Position numbers and translations under genes: made by a program. A stretch of DNA of 64,000 bases from the human T2T-CHM13v2.0 reference genome, Homo sapiens. How positions within the stretch are numbered: the first letter of the stretch is position 1; every line of letters starts with the position of its first letter. Below the pieces are notes generated by a model, which made no database searches, had not been told where the DNA came from, and saw only the letters and a program-made list of their open reading frames with translations. The stretch is from assembly GCF_009914755.1 (NCBI RefSeq), contig NC_060926.1. One strand, given 5' to 3'. Of the stretch, positions 1-13,400 are shown piece after piece.

Positions 1-858
1 CCTCCCATCATAGCCTCAGAGGTTTAAGTGGAAAAAGTAGTTTCAACGGCTGGCCAAGGGTCCCTGTGATGTGTGCAGCCTAGGGACTTGGTGCCCTGCA
101 TCTCAGTCACTCCAGTCATGACTGAAAGGGACCAACACAGAGCTCAGGCTGTGACTTTAGAGGGTGCAAGCCTCAAGCCTTGGCAGCTTCTACGTCGTGT
201 TAAGCCTTTGAGTCCACAGAAGTCAAGAATTGAGGTTTTGGGACTTCTGCTTAGATTTCAGAGGAAATGTGGGGTCAGAGTCTCCACACAGAGTACCTAC
301 TGGGGCACCACCTAGTGGAGCTGTGAGAAGAGGGCCACTGTCCTCAAGACCCCAATGGATCTACCGATCCATTGACAGCTTGCACTGTGCGCCTGGAAAA
401 GCCACAGACACTCAACGCCAGCCTGTGAAGGCAGCTGGGAGGGAGGCTTTACCCTGTAAAGCCACAAAGGTGGAGCTGCCCAAAACTATGGGAACCTACG
501 TTTTGCATCAGTGTGACCTGAATGTGAGCCATGGAGTCAAAGGAGATCATTTTGGAGCTTTAAGATTTGACTGCCCTGCTGGATTTGGGACTTGCATGGG
601 GCCTGTAGCCCTTTTGTTTTGGCCAATTTCTCCCATTTGGAATGGCTGTATTTACCCAATGGCTGTACCTCCATTGTATCTAGGAAGTAACTAACTTGCT
701 TTTGATTTTATAGGCTCCTAGGCAGAAAGAACTTGCATTGTCTTGGATGAGACTTTGGACTGTGGACTTTTGAGTTAATGAGTTTATGGGACAGTTGGGG
801 AGGCATGATTGGTTTTGAAATGTGAAGACATGAGATTTGGGAGGGGCCAGGGGCAGAA
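1..858 (+). mobile_element. THE1/MaLR internal region (3' part, cut by window edge)
   Basis: Typical THE1-int sequence (ggagtcaaaggagatcattttggagctttaagatttgactgccc), ending in a polypurine tract GGGAGGGGCCAGGGGCAGAA directly before the LTR. ORFs 73-315 and 230-694 are read from it. Confidence 0.9.
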
Positions 859-1226
859 TGATATGGTTTGGCTCTGTGTTCCCACCCAAAATCTCATCTT
901 GCAGCTCCCATAATCCCCACGTCTTGTCGGAGGTACCCAGTGGGAGATGATTGAATTATGGGGTGGGTCTTTCCTGTGCTGTTCTTATGATAGTGAATGG
1001 GTCTCATGAGATCTGATGGTTTTAAAGAACGGGACTTGCCCTGCACAAGCTCTCTCTTTGCCTGCCACCATCCATGTAAGATGGGACTTTTTCCTCCTTG
1101 CCTTCCACCATGATTGTGAGGCCTCTCCAGCCATGTGGAACTGTAAGTCCAATTAAACCTCTTTCTTTTGTAAATTGCCCAGTCCTGGGTATGTCTTTAT
1201 CAGCAGCATGAAAATGGATTAATACA
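859..1226 (+). mobile_element. THE1-family LTR (3' LTR of MaLR provirus)
   Basis: TG...CA termini: tgatatggtttggctctgtg ... gtatgtctttatcagcagcatgaaaatggattaataca; about 370 bp. Confidence 0.93.
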
Positions 1227-1239
1227 GTAATCCAACCTT

Positions 1240-1800
1240 GTGGAGCTGCAAATAATTCTGTGTGACCAGATCACGAGACACATGTGGAGAGGTGTTGTGA
1301 GAGTTAAGTTTGGAGAGGTTAGACAGGAGGCAGATCATAAAATTATTTTATGCCTGACCAGGGAGTCTGTGTTTTATGGACAATGGGGGATCTTGAAGTG
1401 GTTTGAAGTAAGTAAGAGATCGATGAAGTTTACTTTGGAAAATTTCTCTGGCAGCTATATAGAGGCTGAATGGTAGATAATCAAAATTAAAATCAGGGGG
1501 GCCAAGAAGAAGCCTGTTACATCAGTCCAAATTAAAACAAAATGCAAACATCACTGACAGAGAGGAAGAGGGACAGAAGAGAAAGAGGGAATGTTACCCT
1601 ATGATGGGCTGAAGCATGAAATTTGTGCAAAATGCTGAGAAGGAGAGGTCAGAGAATTTGAAGGAGAATCAGAAAAGAGTGGGAACAAAGGGAGGGGAGA
1701 ACTTTAACAGAGGGAAGTGGTCAATAGTGTAAGGAAATTAGGAGGATAGAGAACTGCCCATTCTTTTTCAACCATGTAGATATCATTGGTGACCATAGGT
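1240..1800 (-). mobile_element. Degraded L2 fragment (approximate bounds)
   Basis: Purine-rich L2-like motifs such as ggaggcagatcata and ggggaagtggtcaatagtg. Confidence 0.45.
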
Positions 1801-4374
1801 GAAGTAGTTCCTGTTGTATTTGTTTTATTATTCTTCACTAGCCTTCTGGACATGGAAACTCTTGAGAAAATTGCATTGTAAATACAGCGAATCTCTGCAG
1901 TTAAGGGAACACAACACCCTTAGCTCCGGCAACCAGTTAACTTTTCTCAATCACAAGTCCAAAGAGGCTGATCGAGGTCTTAGAAGCCTCCTTTTCCTCT
2001 GACCTATTGCCCTCAAAAGAACTCAATTCTGACTTGTATATGTGGCCAGCCATTTAAAACCTTTAATAGCTTGTCAGTAAATTGAATGATGATGGAGAGA
2101 GGTGGGAAAAGAGATGTCTTTTCCTAAATCTGAAGCTTGCTTTGTCTCGACCTCTTTAGTCAGAAATAGTTTTTTGATTCTCTGAGTGAGCCATCATCAT
2201 CGTTCATGAGGCCATGCATGGGGTGATTCTCCATTGCTCTCTCCGCTGTAGGACTCATAGGCACCTGCCCTCAACCCAGGTGACCCTGAAGAAGAAACTT
2301 CACCATATTAATAAGACCACAGAGGCTTACACCAGAGGATAAACATCCTAGATGAAGTTAATTATTGAGTTCACAGAAATTCACTTTATGATTTGCGTTC
2401 TCCTGACATTTTTAACAAATGTTAAATTAACAAATGTTAATTTGGTCTTTTTCCTTTCTAAAAATCTATCTATTTAGTTTGTAAAGAGTGGGATAAGCTA
2501 CAGTTTCCATGGAGCAATCTCTTCCTCCCGCAGAGCTGGTGACTGAGGAGTGGCTTTTGCTATGTCCTTGTTTGTTAACCCAGTTGCTCTAGGTTAACCA
2601 CTAGCTTATTCCAGAGAAGGAGCAATTTGAGGCACCAAAAACTTTCCTCTTATACAGACAGATTATGAACCTGGAAATGACTACTCATACTTTGACATCC
2701 TGCTGTTAAAATGCAACCCTCCCAACCTGCCTAGCACCTCCCCTACACACTCACAACATTCACCCACAAATGGCCACCCAGTAGATTTTAACTGCTTTGA
2801 GAGAAGGGGCCGTGTTTTATTTACCTTTGTGTCTCTAATTCCAAGCATGTGTCTGGCACATTTATCATATAAATGGTAAATGTAACTGGAAAGCCCCCCT
2901 TATTTTCTTCCTAAAATGGGTACTAAATGTTTCATGAATAACTTTTTTTTGAAAATCCATCTTTCTCCTAGTTTTCTCTTCCAGAGGGGCTCCCCAAGGA
3001 AGCCTTAGAGGTTCTTCAAACTAATCTTAGTAGTCACTTGTTATCCTGTCCACCAACTCAGCTCTAAAGCATTGTTTTCCCCCAATGCCACATTATCACG
3101 TTATCTTATAATTCATTTCTCCTGGCTGCTGGTGGGCACAGTCTCCTCTTCAAAAGTACAGCTAAGGCCAGATTCATTTATGGATTGCTGATGAAGTAAT
3201 AGAAGCACCACCCCAAGTATAATGTGCATTGTCGCAGCAGTGGCTGCTTCTGCAACCCACAGACACTAATCTGTGAGCCTGAGAATGTTTTATTTCCTCT
3301 TCAATATGAACTTCCATTTGTTTCAAGGGAACTCTAGAAAAGTCAGTGGCAATAGTCAACAATATATTTTCCCAAATCTACAGTATTCTTATTTAAATAA
3401 TGCCATATAAGGAGCATTAATTATTAAACTTGCTTTTTAGAACAGTTATCAAAATCTTTAAGGGTACATCCTGGCTTACCATGGATGGATCAAATTTACC
3501 CAACTAATAAATGCAAACTTCAGCCTACACCACCTGCAGTCACATTTGTGGGGGAATCACAGCTTTCTCTGAGAACAATCGTTGGTATTTACATGATTTC
3601 TATGTAATCCTGTTGATTTCTCCAGAACTGAGGAAGTTGGTGTCAATAGTTTCAGATTCCCAAATAGCAGTTTTGTCATTAAAGTACAATTACAACATTT
3701 AAAGTTTGTCTTGATTGGTACCCCATTGTGTAAGTGTTTATTGAATTAAATGGATTTTAGAATCTTGTGATTAAAAAAAAGCTTACTCTTAATAATTGCT
3801 TCTCAAACAATGGCAAATAGAGCAAATGGTAAAGGCTAGAGAAATTCCTCTAAAATTCTGCATCATTAGCATGTTATTGTTGCTGTTGTCATTTGAAAAT
3901 AGGAAGTGGCAGTATTTCATCTTAATAGAGAAGAAAAATGGCTCTTGATTCTTCCTTGTTCTTGTGTACCCTATTCCCTTTCTAATCATACGTATAATGT
4001 GAGAATCCCCTGCTTCTACATATCTTACTCAGATGAAGCAGAGTGTTTTAATGAGAAAAGCATAAATTGGGAGATCCGTAACTTCTCCCCATGATTTTGG
4101 ACAAAAATATTTGGGCTACAGTTTCCTTATCTATTCAGAGGGGGTGATGAGTTTGTCTTCTCACAGGGTAAAATAAAACAATTCAATGTAGGACTCAGAG
4201 CCATTACTTTACTTACTGGTGAACCTCTCTTGGGGAAATATGGGTGCTGGGAAATAGATGGTTCTATATCTGTGGGTGGGTTACACAGAAACAGGAGTGT
4301 GGGCCTATGTTTAGGTTCCAGGGGAAAGGTGCTGAGAATGGAGCCTCGGCATGTGTTTGAGAGGTGACTCCAGG

Positions 4375-5460
4375 ACCAAGGTTTTCAACAGTGGAGAGTC
4401 CTTGAAAGAGCTATGCCACTCCCTGCATACTGGATGCTAGGAAATGAGCATACATGGTCTGTGATTCTCAGACTGGAGCTCATGGACAAAAACTTTCAAT
4501 AGTCCAAATGTTTCATAAAAGAATGTTTTAAAAATTATGTTGCATTTCAGTTATAATGCATTGCCTGACAGGCATATTTAGGCATTTTAAAGATCACTCA
4601 TTCCAAGAATGGAGCACAGTTTCCATGTGGACATTTACATTTGTTTTTATAAATGTTATTTTCACTAAATGAAAGTCAAATGATGTCAGGGAGTGATGCA
4701 TTAATGAAAGTATCACAGGAAGAAACGTGATGGGAGAGCTGAGCCATCAGAGGGCACAAGGACAGACATGCCTGTCAAATTCACAATATGCTTCTGCACA
4801 GGCGCTCCAAAATTGTGCAGACACCCTCTACAGATCCCATCTTTGAACAAGCCAAACTGTCACCGCTCATTCCTTGTAAGCATGGCCAGGCACATGAAAT
4901 GAGACCTGCTTCTGGCAATCAGGATTTATTTAATGAAAATTTCAATAATGCTGGAATCATAACCTTCTTTTCAAGCAAACAAGACAGCATTACAGAGTTA
5001 TCACATGACACTTAATTAAAATTGGCACTTGAAGATTGTTTGTTGGCAATGTTTTGGAAAAATATGAGGTCTATTTGTTGTGAACCAGCAAGCAAAGCTT
5101 TGAAATAATTAATAACATACTTATGCTAACAGGCATTATCTGAATTACTGAAGCCAAAATACCAACAAAAATTATTCAGTATAGAACCTGACCTGAGGCT
5201 CATCTTTTTCCTATTAAAACCAATACTGAAGATCTAGTTTCAGCAGAACAACATGCTTTATCACAGTGAATTAATGTTTTTAATTTGAATTTTATTGGTC
5301 TTATAGCTTAGTTATTACATGTTTTTAATGTATATGTTTGGTTTTGGTTTAATGATTTTAGGAGGAGTTTATAGCTAGTTTTAGTCAGTACTGGAGATCC
5401 ACAGGAATGTTTTTCTCTTTTAAAGGGATCTGCGTATCATTCAAATTTGGGAGGCACTGG
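4375..5460 (+). mobile_element. hAT-Charlie DNA transposon remnant with decayed transposase C-terminus
   Basis: About 5050-5270 reads, across frameshifts, as an hAT dimerisation domain (FW...KAL...TYLC...IEPDLRL...IKPN.EDLVS). The right end gggaggcactgg resembles a Charlie TIR. Left bound is approximate. Confidence 0.65.
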
Positions 5461-5464
5461 TACA

Positions 5465-5715
5465 GGGGTTAAGAGCACAGAGTTTAACATCAGACCTGGG
5501 TTCAAAACCCAAGCTCTCACACTTAAAAACCGTGTAAACTTGAATGTGTTATTTAATTGAATTGTGTTTCATTTTCCTGATCTGCTAAGATTGATATAAT
5601 AAAAGCAATAATCATTATCATAATTATAATTACAATGACTTACATCATTGGAATAAATAAAATAATAGCTCCCTAGTATAAAGATCTCTGGCATATAGTA
5701 GGTGCTTAATAAAAG
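5465..5715 (+). mobile_element. MIR SINE
   Basis: ggttaagagcacag...cagacctgggttcaaaaccc...ctggcatatagtaggtgcttaataaa. Confidence 0.75.
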
Positions 5716-7548
5716 TGAGTCATTATCATCATCAACATTTTTTAAACTTTGGTCTGAGAGACCCAAGAGTTGGCACAGCCAGATAAGGAGGTAAGAGATG
5801 CAGGAGGAGCAGCTGCTAGGAGTCATTGCTTTCAACAGGAAACGTTTTTTAAGGGTCATTGGACTGCAGCAGCTGCAGGAACTACCATTATCTCTGGAAG
5901 CAACTGAGGATGTCTGTCTGTGGACACCTCATTGCCTGGAGGTCCCACCCCTTCTAACAGCACTATAGCATTAGTCACCTCTGGAGAGGAAAGCAGTTGT
6001 TGCAGTCCTCGTCTCCTAGACCGATGCCTCCTGAACTGTGTTGACCTCCTTAGCACAGCTCCCTGCTGTGTACTCTCACAGTCACCCCTTGCATCTATCC
6101 CTTTGTATGGATTTTCAGGTCTTGGCTCTTGGTTTTCCTCATATTATGTCTGTCGTGGACATTCAAGGGACATCCTAGCCTCATCCATTGTGTTTCCTGG
6201 GACCGTTGTGGCTGCCATTCCCTCTGCGTTTCCCCAGAGCCCAAAAGGGGAAGGCAGAGGCTTCCTATGGGAATAAGATGGCTGGTGGGAGGAATTCATG
6301 GTGTAAATTACTTTCTCCTGTTGTTTTCCTCCTTTAATGCCTAGGGTTTGTTGAAACGTATCTCGAAGATATATTTCACAGAACTAACAGAGGTCCTGAT
6401 CAGATTGCCCCGTGGGGTTCCTTCAAACCTAGCCTCCTCCTGCAGTTGCTGCTATCACAAGTTTCTCACATTTGGTTAGGACATCTCAGAGCTACTGCCT
6501 AGTGAATCTGGGGAGAGAATGGGGACTGAGGTTGGGTGAATATGAAAGGGCAAAGCTGATCTTGATGGAAAGGAGACAGAATCCTATATGGATGATGGAG
6601 AGAGAAGAAAAAGGGTAGCCTGTTTCAGCCTTGCAGACCACATAGAATGTTCACTGTGATTATTATTATTATTTTTTCAAAACCACTTGCAAACCTGGTT
6701 GAACTCCCACCGAAATCCAGCCTGATTCCTTAACATGTGGTCAGTGGTGAGATTTGCTGATGTGGGCATCTGGTTAGAGTTGCATTAACAGGTAGTACAC
6801 ACCCCTCCTCTCTTCCCAAACCGCAAAACTCTACGGACAGATTTTTTTCCTCTTCTTCTTTTTCCTAGAGCATCTCAGAGCCTTTCTGTGTTCCCAAAAG
6901 GCATGAATTATTCACCGTATATAGCATCAAGCTTTAAAAAGCTTACTTTTAAGAAAGTAAAACTGCCCAAACCACCCAATAATTTGCTTCTGCCTTCATT
7001 TTCATTAACTGAACAACATCTTTAGAATTATTACTCACTTTCCTTCCTGCCATCTTTTTGTTGGTTTGATTCTCTTTTTTACTTCAACACTCCCCCTCCC
7101 CCTGTACCACCAAGAATGTAGAGGATTCATCCTTGTCTTGCTTCTGGCATGTCCAGGCCAAGGGTGTGGTTTATACTTGTAGTCAGGTTTCCATGTAAAT
7201 GTCATCATCTTCATTTTAAATACCTTCCTGACCATACATGGAAAGACAGGATATCTCTCTTGTATAGTATCAGCCCAGCTGCTAATTCTGCTGACAGAAG
7301 GTATTGACCACCTACCTGCATCCCTTTAGCATTTCTTAAGATTCAGGAAGCACCTACAGCTTAGGTTTGCATTCCACCACTGCCATCAACTGAAGTAGGG
7401 ACTTTGGCCAATAGCGGAGTCTTTCTGAGCCCCAGTTTTCTCATCTGCAAAAGATGATAATAATTATCCAGCAGCATGGTGAAGGTTAGAGACACGATGC
7501 CTACCCAGCATCACCTAGCATAGAGAAAGTATTTAGTGGTATAAATAA

Positions 7549-7865
<317 letters not shown>

Positions 7866-7883
7866 TAAATAATTTTCTTGATC

Positions 7884-8010
7884 AAGCTGGGTGTAGTGGT
7901 ATGTACCTATAGTCCCAGCGACCTGGGATGCTGAAGTGGGAGGATCCCTTGAGCCTAGGCCTTCAAGTCCAGTTTGGGCAACACAGTGAGACTCTTTCTC
8001 TTAAAACAAA
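7884..8010 (+). mobile_element. Alu monomer (FLAM/FAM-like)
   Basis: gctgggtgtagtggt...gggaggatcccttgagcctagg...gggcaacacagtgagact followed by an A-rich tail; about 125 bp. Confidence 0.8.
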
Positions 8011-8234
8011 ATTGCTTTATTTATTATCCATAGTCCAGATTAATGATATTTTAGCTCCTGGCTTCACCAATTGCAGCCTTCTGATATTAAAAAAGAAAAA
8101 AAAAAAACCTGGCATGATCCTTTTGTGTTTGCAACGGGACACAGCATATGCTAAATGCATTTGTAGGTAAATACTAAGACCAAGAGACAGTAGCAACTTG
8201 AAAAGAAACCTTATACCTTGAGTGTTAGACGTTC

Positions 8235-8935
8235 AGGAGCTAATAGTCATCAGATTTGAGTTCAAATTCTGTCTTGGCCACTTAGTTGACCAGGTGACTT
8301 TGGGCAATTGATTTCACGTGGGAATCATTTCATCTTCCTAAGCTGATTTTCTCATGTGTGAAATGGGGACCATACAAGCACCTAACCATGTAGGAGTTCA
8401 GTCAGGGTGGTAGGTGAAATTATAAAATAGACACAAACCTTCTTGGAAGGCCAGAAGGTTTTGCAAAAGCCTTAAGATAGGGTTATGACTGAAGGCAGCC
8501 TACTCTTCTTACCTTGAGCTAATAGCTTAGAGTAGGTACAAAGGAATGTAAGGGAGTTTATCTAAAGAGCTTGTTTACTCATGTGGTCCTAAGACTGGCC
8601 TTTGATCATTTGTAGGACTGCTCTCTCTGGGGGGACGGCAACCAGGTTAATTACCCACAGGTGTGTTGATTAAAAGCCTTTGTCATTAAATATGTGCTGA
8701 ATAAATGCCCACGAAGCCAGCTAGTCAATATGTGTGGCTGCCACAACTCTTTCTGTGAGTGGCCCGGCACCCCTGGCCTGCTCTTTCACTGAATATCGGT
8801 GCCTGAGTATGTTACTCATCCATCGTGCAGCCTGCATCTTCAGGTCAGACCCCGGCATACCCAGGTGCTTTTGTGATGATTAAATAAGATAGTGGATATA
8901 AAGTGTTTAGTCCAGTTCTTGACACAGGATAAATG
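8235..8935 (+). mobile_element. MIR split by the LTR at 8389-8857
   Basis: MIR core (gagttcaaattctg...ctcatgtgtgaaatgggg) resumes after the LTR (gtgatgattaaataagata...aaagtgtttag...gacacagga). Confidence 0.75.
8389..8857 (+). mobile_element. Solo LTR, LTR22-like (HERV-K HML-5 family)
   Basis: tgtaggagttcagtcagggtgg ... caggtcagaccccggca, 469 bp, internal AATAAA. Flanked by taacca / taccca (6-bp TSD, one mismatch). Confidence 0.75.
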
Positions 8936-9099
8936 TATGCTTTTAAACTGTGACTTTTACACAGTATGGCTGGCCATTTTGTGTTTTCTCCACAGCTATA
9001 GAAAAATGTTGAAAATGTGTGAAGGGGAAAAAGGAAATGCCACAGGCAAAGTGATCTGATGTTTTCCAGAACAACTTCTTCAGTTTTTTTCTCCTTTTA

Positions 9100-10413
9100 T
9101 TATGAAGCATTTAATACAGATAAAATAAGCAACATGTGAGCTATAAATCAGAAGAATAAACATATTACCTAGGAAAATACCTTTCAGGATAGTTACTTAA
9201 ATCCTTGAAACGTCTGTAATTTTTCTTGATTTCATTTCCCTGCCTTACTCAGAGGTAACCACTATCTTTGACTGTTTGTTTTTATTCCCTTGCTTTTCTT
9301 CATAGAATTACCACATACGTATGTATCCATAAACAACATATTGTTTAGTTTTGTTCTTTTTTTGGCTTTATGAAAATGATGTTACACTGTATATATTCCC
9401 GTGAAATTTGCTTTTCTCAGAAAACATTTCTTTCTAAGATTCAAATAAGAGTGTCTGCGGCTGCTGTTCTTTTATTTTATTGCTGCATAGTATTCCATTA
9501 TATGGGTAATCTATGATTAACTATCCTCCTGTCAATGTAGATGTAGAGTGTTTACAGGATTTTTTTGTTATGAATCACCAAAAATATAAACCTGCTGTAC
9601 ATGTTTCCTGTGATTCCTTAAGTTATGCTGTCCAATAGGATAACCACTGGATACGTGGCTATTGAGCATTTGAAATGTGGCAAGTTAGGATTGGTATGTA
9701 CTCTACATATAAAATACACATCAGCCGTTAAAGACTTAGTACAAAAAATGTAAAATATCTAATTAATATTTTTCATATATTGATTGCATGTTGAAATGAT
9801 ACTTTGGTTGTATTGTGTAAAATTAACTACATTGAATTTATTATTGAGAGTAATTTCACATTTTTTACTATTTTGAATGTGCCTATGGAAATTTTTAAGT
9901 TTCTTTTGTGGCTTGTATTAAATTTTTATTGGACAGTGCTGCTTTAGGGTATGGATAATATATTCTTAGGAGTGGAACTTCTGAATCTGAGGGTAATGTA
10001 AATCAGTCTTACAAGATGAGGTTAATTTTATTTCCAAATGGTTGTACTAATTTGAATTCTCATTACTAGTGTATAATCCTCATTGCTCCACATTCCTTTC
10101 ATACTTGGTATTATCTGATTCTTAAATTTTTGTCATATTGGTGATTGCAGATTGAATTTCATTTGTCTTATTTTGAAGTTCTCTGATTACCATTTCAGGT
10201 AAATTTTTTTCCCACATATTCCTTAGTCATTTGTTTTTCTTCTTCTGGAAAATGGTTGTTAATATATTTTGACCATTTTTATGTGGGGTTTTGGCCTTTT
10301 ACTTGTTGAGTTTTTGCAGGTATTTTAAAATGGAATATTTGTTCTAATATTCCTCATAGTTTATGGCTCATATTTTCATTTTCTTCCTGGAATATTTTGA
10401 TGAGCAGAAGTTC
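9100..10413 (-). mobile_element. Old L1M (ME/MC-type) 3' region, interrupted by a MER33-like element
   Basis: Motifs cagaggtaaccactat, tattgctgcatagtattccatt, ccaaatggttgtactaatt, tgatgagcagaagttctt. Confidence 0.7.
9623..9941. mobile_element. MER33/MER3-type hAT MITE
   Basis: TIRs tgctgtccaata ... tattggacagtgctg; about 320 bp; internal gtggctattgagcatttgaaatgtggc. Confidence 0.8.
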
Positions 10414-13400
10414 TTTTTTTGTCATTTTTTTAATTATAGTTTAAGTTCTGAGGTACATGTGAAGAATGTGTAGGTTTGTTACATAGGTATACACATGCCA
10501 TGGGGGTTTGCTGCACCCATCAACCCATCATCTACATTAGGTATTTATCCTAATGCTATCCCTCCCCTAGGCCCCCACCCCTGACAAGCCATGGTGTGTG
10601 ATGTTCCCCTCCATGGGTGCATGTGTTCTCATTGTTGAACTCCCACTTATGAGTGTGAACACTTGGTGTTTAGTTTTCTGTTCTTGTGTTAGTGTGCTGA
10701 GAATGATGGTTTCCAGCTTCATCCATGTCCCTGTAAAGGACCTGAACTCATCCTTTTTTATGGCTGCATAGTATTTGATGGTATATATGTGCCACATTTT
10801 TTTTATCAGGTCTCTCATGGATGGGCATTTGGGTTGGTTCCAAGTCTTTGCTATTGTGAATAGTGCTGCAGTAAACATGCGTGTGCATGTGTCTTTATAG
10901 TAGAATGATTTATAATCCTTTGGGTATATACCCAGTAATGGGATTGCTGGGTCAAATGGTATTTCTAGTTCTAGATCCTTGAGGAATTGCCACACTGTCG
11001 TCCACAATGGTTGAACTAATATACACTCCCACCCACAGTGTAAAAGCATTCTTATTTCTCCACATCTTCTCCAGCATCTGTTGTTTCCTGACTTTTTAAA
11101 TGATTGCCATTCTGACTTGTGTGAGGTGGTATCTCACTGTAGTTTTGATTTGCATCTCTCTAATGAGCAGGGATGATGAGCTTTTTTCGTATGTTTACTG
11201 GCTTCTTTTGAGGAGTGTCCGTTCATATCCTTTGCCCACTTTTTGATGGGGTTTTTTCTTGTAAATTTGTTTAAGTTCTTTGTAGATTCTAGATATTGGC
11301 CATTTGTCAGATGGATAGATTGCAAAAATTTTCTCCCAATCTGTAGGTTTCCTGTTCACTCTGATGATAGTTTCTTTTGCTGTGCAGAAGTTCTTTAGTT
11401 TATTCAGATCCCATTTGTCTATTTTGGCTTTTGTTGCCATTGCTTTTGGTGTTTTAGTCATGAAGTCTTTGCCCATGCATATGTCCTGAATGGTATTGCC
11501 AAGGTTTTCTTCTAGGGTTTTTATGGTTTTAGGTCTTACATTTAAGTCTTTAATCCATCTTGAGTTAATTTTTGTATAAGGTGTAAGGAAGGGATCCCGT
11601 TTCAGCTTTCCGGATATGGCTAGCCAGTTTTCCTAGCACCATTTATTAAATATGGAATCCTTTCCCCATTGCTTGTTTTTGTCAGGTTTGTGAAAGATCA
11701 GATGGTTGTAGATGTGTGGTGTTATTTCTGAGGCCTCTATTCTGTTCCATTGGTCTATATCTCTGTTTTGGTACCAGTCCCATGCTGTTTTGGTGACTGT
11801 AGCCTTATAGTATAGTTTGAAGTCAGGTAGTGTGATGCTTCCAGCTTTGTTGTTTTTGCTTAGGACTGTCTTGGCTATGTGGGCTCTTTTTTGGTTCCAT
11901 ATGAAGTTGAAAGTAGTTTTTTCCAATTCTGTGAAGAAAGTCAATGGTAGCTAGACTGGGATAGCATTGAATCTATAAATTACTTTGGACAGTATGGCTA
12001 TTTTGATGATATTGATTCTTCCTATCCATGAGCATGGAATGTTTTTCCATTTGTTTGTGTCCTCTCTTATTTCGTTGAGCAGTGGTTTGTAGTTCTCCTT
12101 GAAGAGGTCCTTCACATCCCTTGTAAGTTGGATTCCTAAATATTTTATTCTCTTTGAAGCAATTGTGAATGGGAGTTCACTCATGATTTGGCTCTTTGTT
12201 TGTCTATTATTGGTGTATAGGAATGCTTGTGATTTTTGCACATTGATTTTATATCCTGAGTCTTTGCTGAAGTTGCTTATCAGCTTAAGGTGATTTGGGG
12301 ATGAGACAAAAGGGTTTTCTAAATATACAAGTACGTCATTTGCAAACAGAGACCATTTGACTTCCTCTTTTCCTAATTGAATACCCTGGGTTTCTTTCAC
12401 TTGCCTGATTGCCCTGGACAGAACTTCCAATACTACATTGAATAGGAGTGGTGAGAGAGGGCATCCTTGACTTGTGCCAGTTTTCAAAGGGAATGCTTCC
12501 AGTTTTTGCCCATTCAGTATGATATTGGCTGTGGGTTTGTCATAATAGCTCTTATTATTTTGAGATATGTTCCATCAATGCCTCATTTATTGAGAGTTTT
12601 TAGCGTGAAGGGCTATGGAGTATTGTCGAAGGCCTTTTCTGCATCTATTGAGATAATCATCTGGTTTTTTCATTGGTTCTGTTTATGTGATGGATTACGC
12701 TTATTAATTTGCATATGTTGAACCAGCCCTGCATCCCAGGGATAAAGCCGACTTGATCATGGTGGAAAAGCTTTTTGATGTGCTGCTGGATTTGATTTGC
12801 CAGTATTTTATTGAGGTTTTTCGCATCGATGTTCATCAGGGATATTGGCCTGAAATATTTTTTATTGTTGTTGTGTCTCTGCCAGGTTTTGGTATCAGGA
12901 TGATGCTGGCCTCACAAAATGAGTTAGGGAGGATTCCCTCTTTCTCTATTGTTTGGAATAGTTTCAGAAAGAATGGTACCAGCTCCTCTTTCTACCTCTG
13001 GTAGAACTTGGCTGTGAATCGTCTGGTCCTGAGCTTTTGTTGGTTGGTAGGCTATTAATTGCTGCCTCAATTTCAGAACTTGTTATTGTTCTATTCAGGG
13101 ATTCGACTTCTTCCTGGTTTAGTCTTGGGAGGGTGTATATGTCCATGAATTTATCAATTTTTTCTAGATTTTCTAGTTTATTTCCATAGAAGTGTTTATA
13201 GTATTCTCTGATGGTGCTTTGTATGTCTGTGGGATTGGTGTTGATATCCCCTTTATCATTTCTTATTGCATCTATTTGATTCTTCTCTCTTTTCTTCTTT
13301 ATTAGTCTGGCTAGTGGTCTATTTTGTTGATCTTTCCAAAAAGCAGCCCCTGCATTCATTGATTTCTTTGGAGGGTTTTTTGTGTCTCTATCTCCTTCAG

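Noticed and set aside
2405-2445. Duplicated quasi-palindrome ttaacaaatgttaa
   Set aside because: Short and AT-rich; ordinary slippage is a sufficient explanation.
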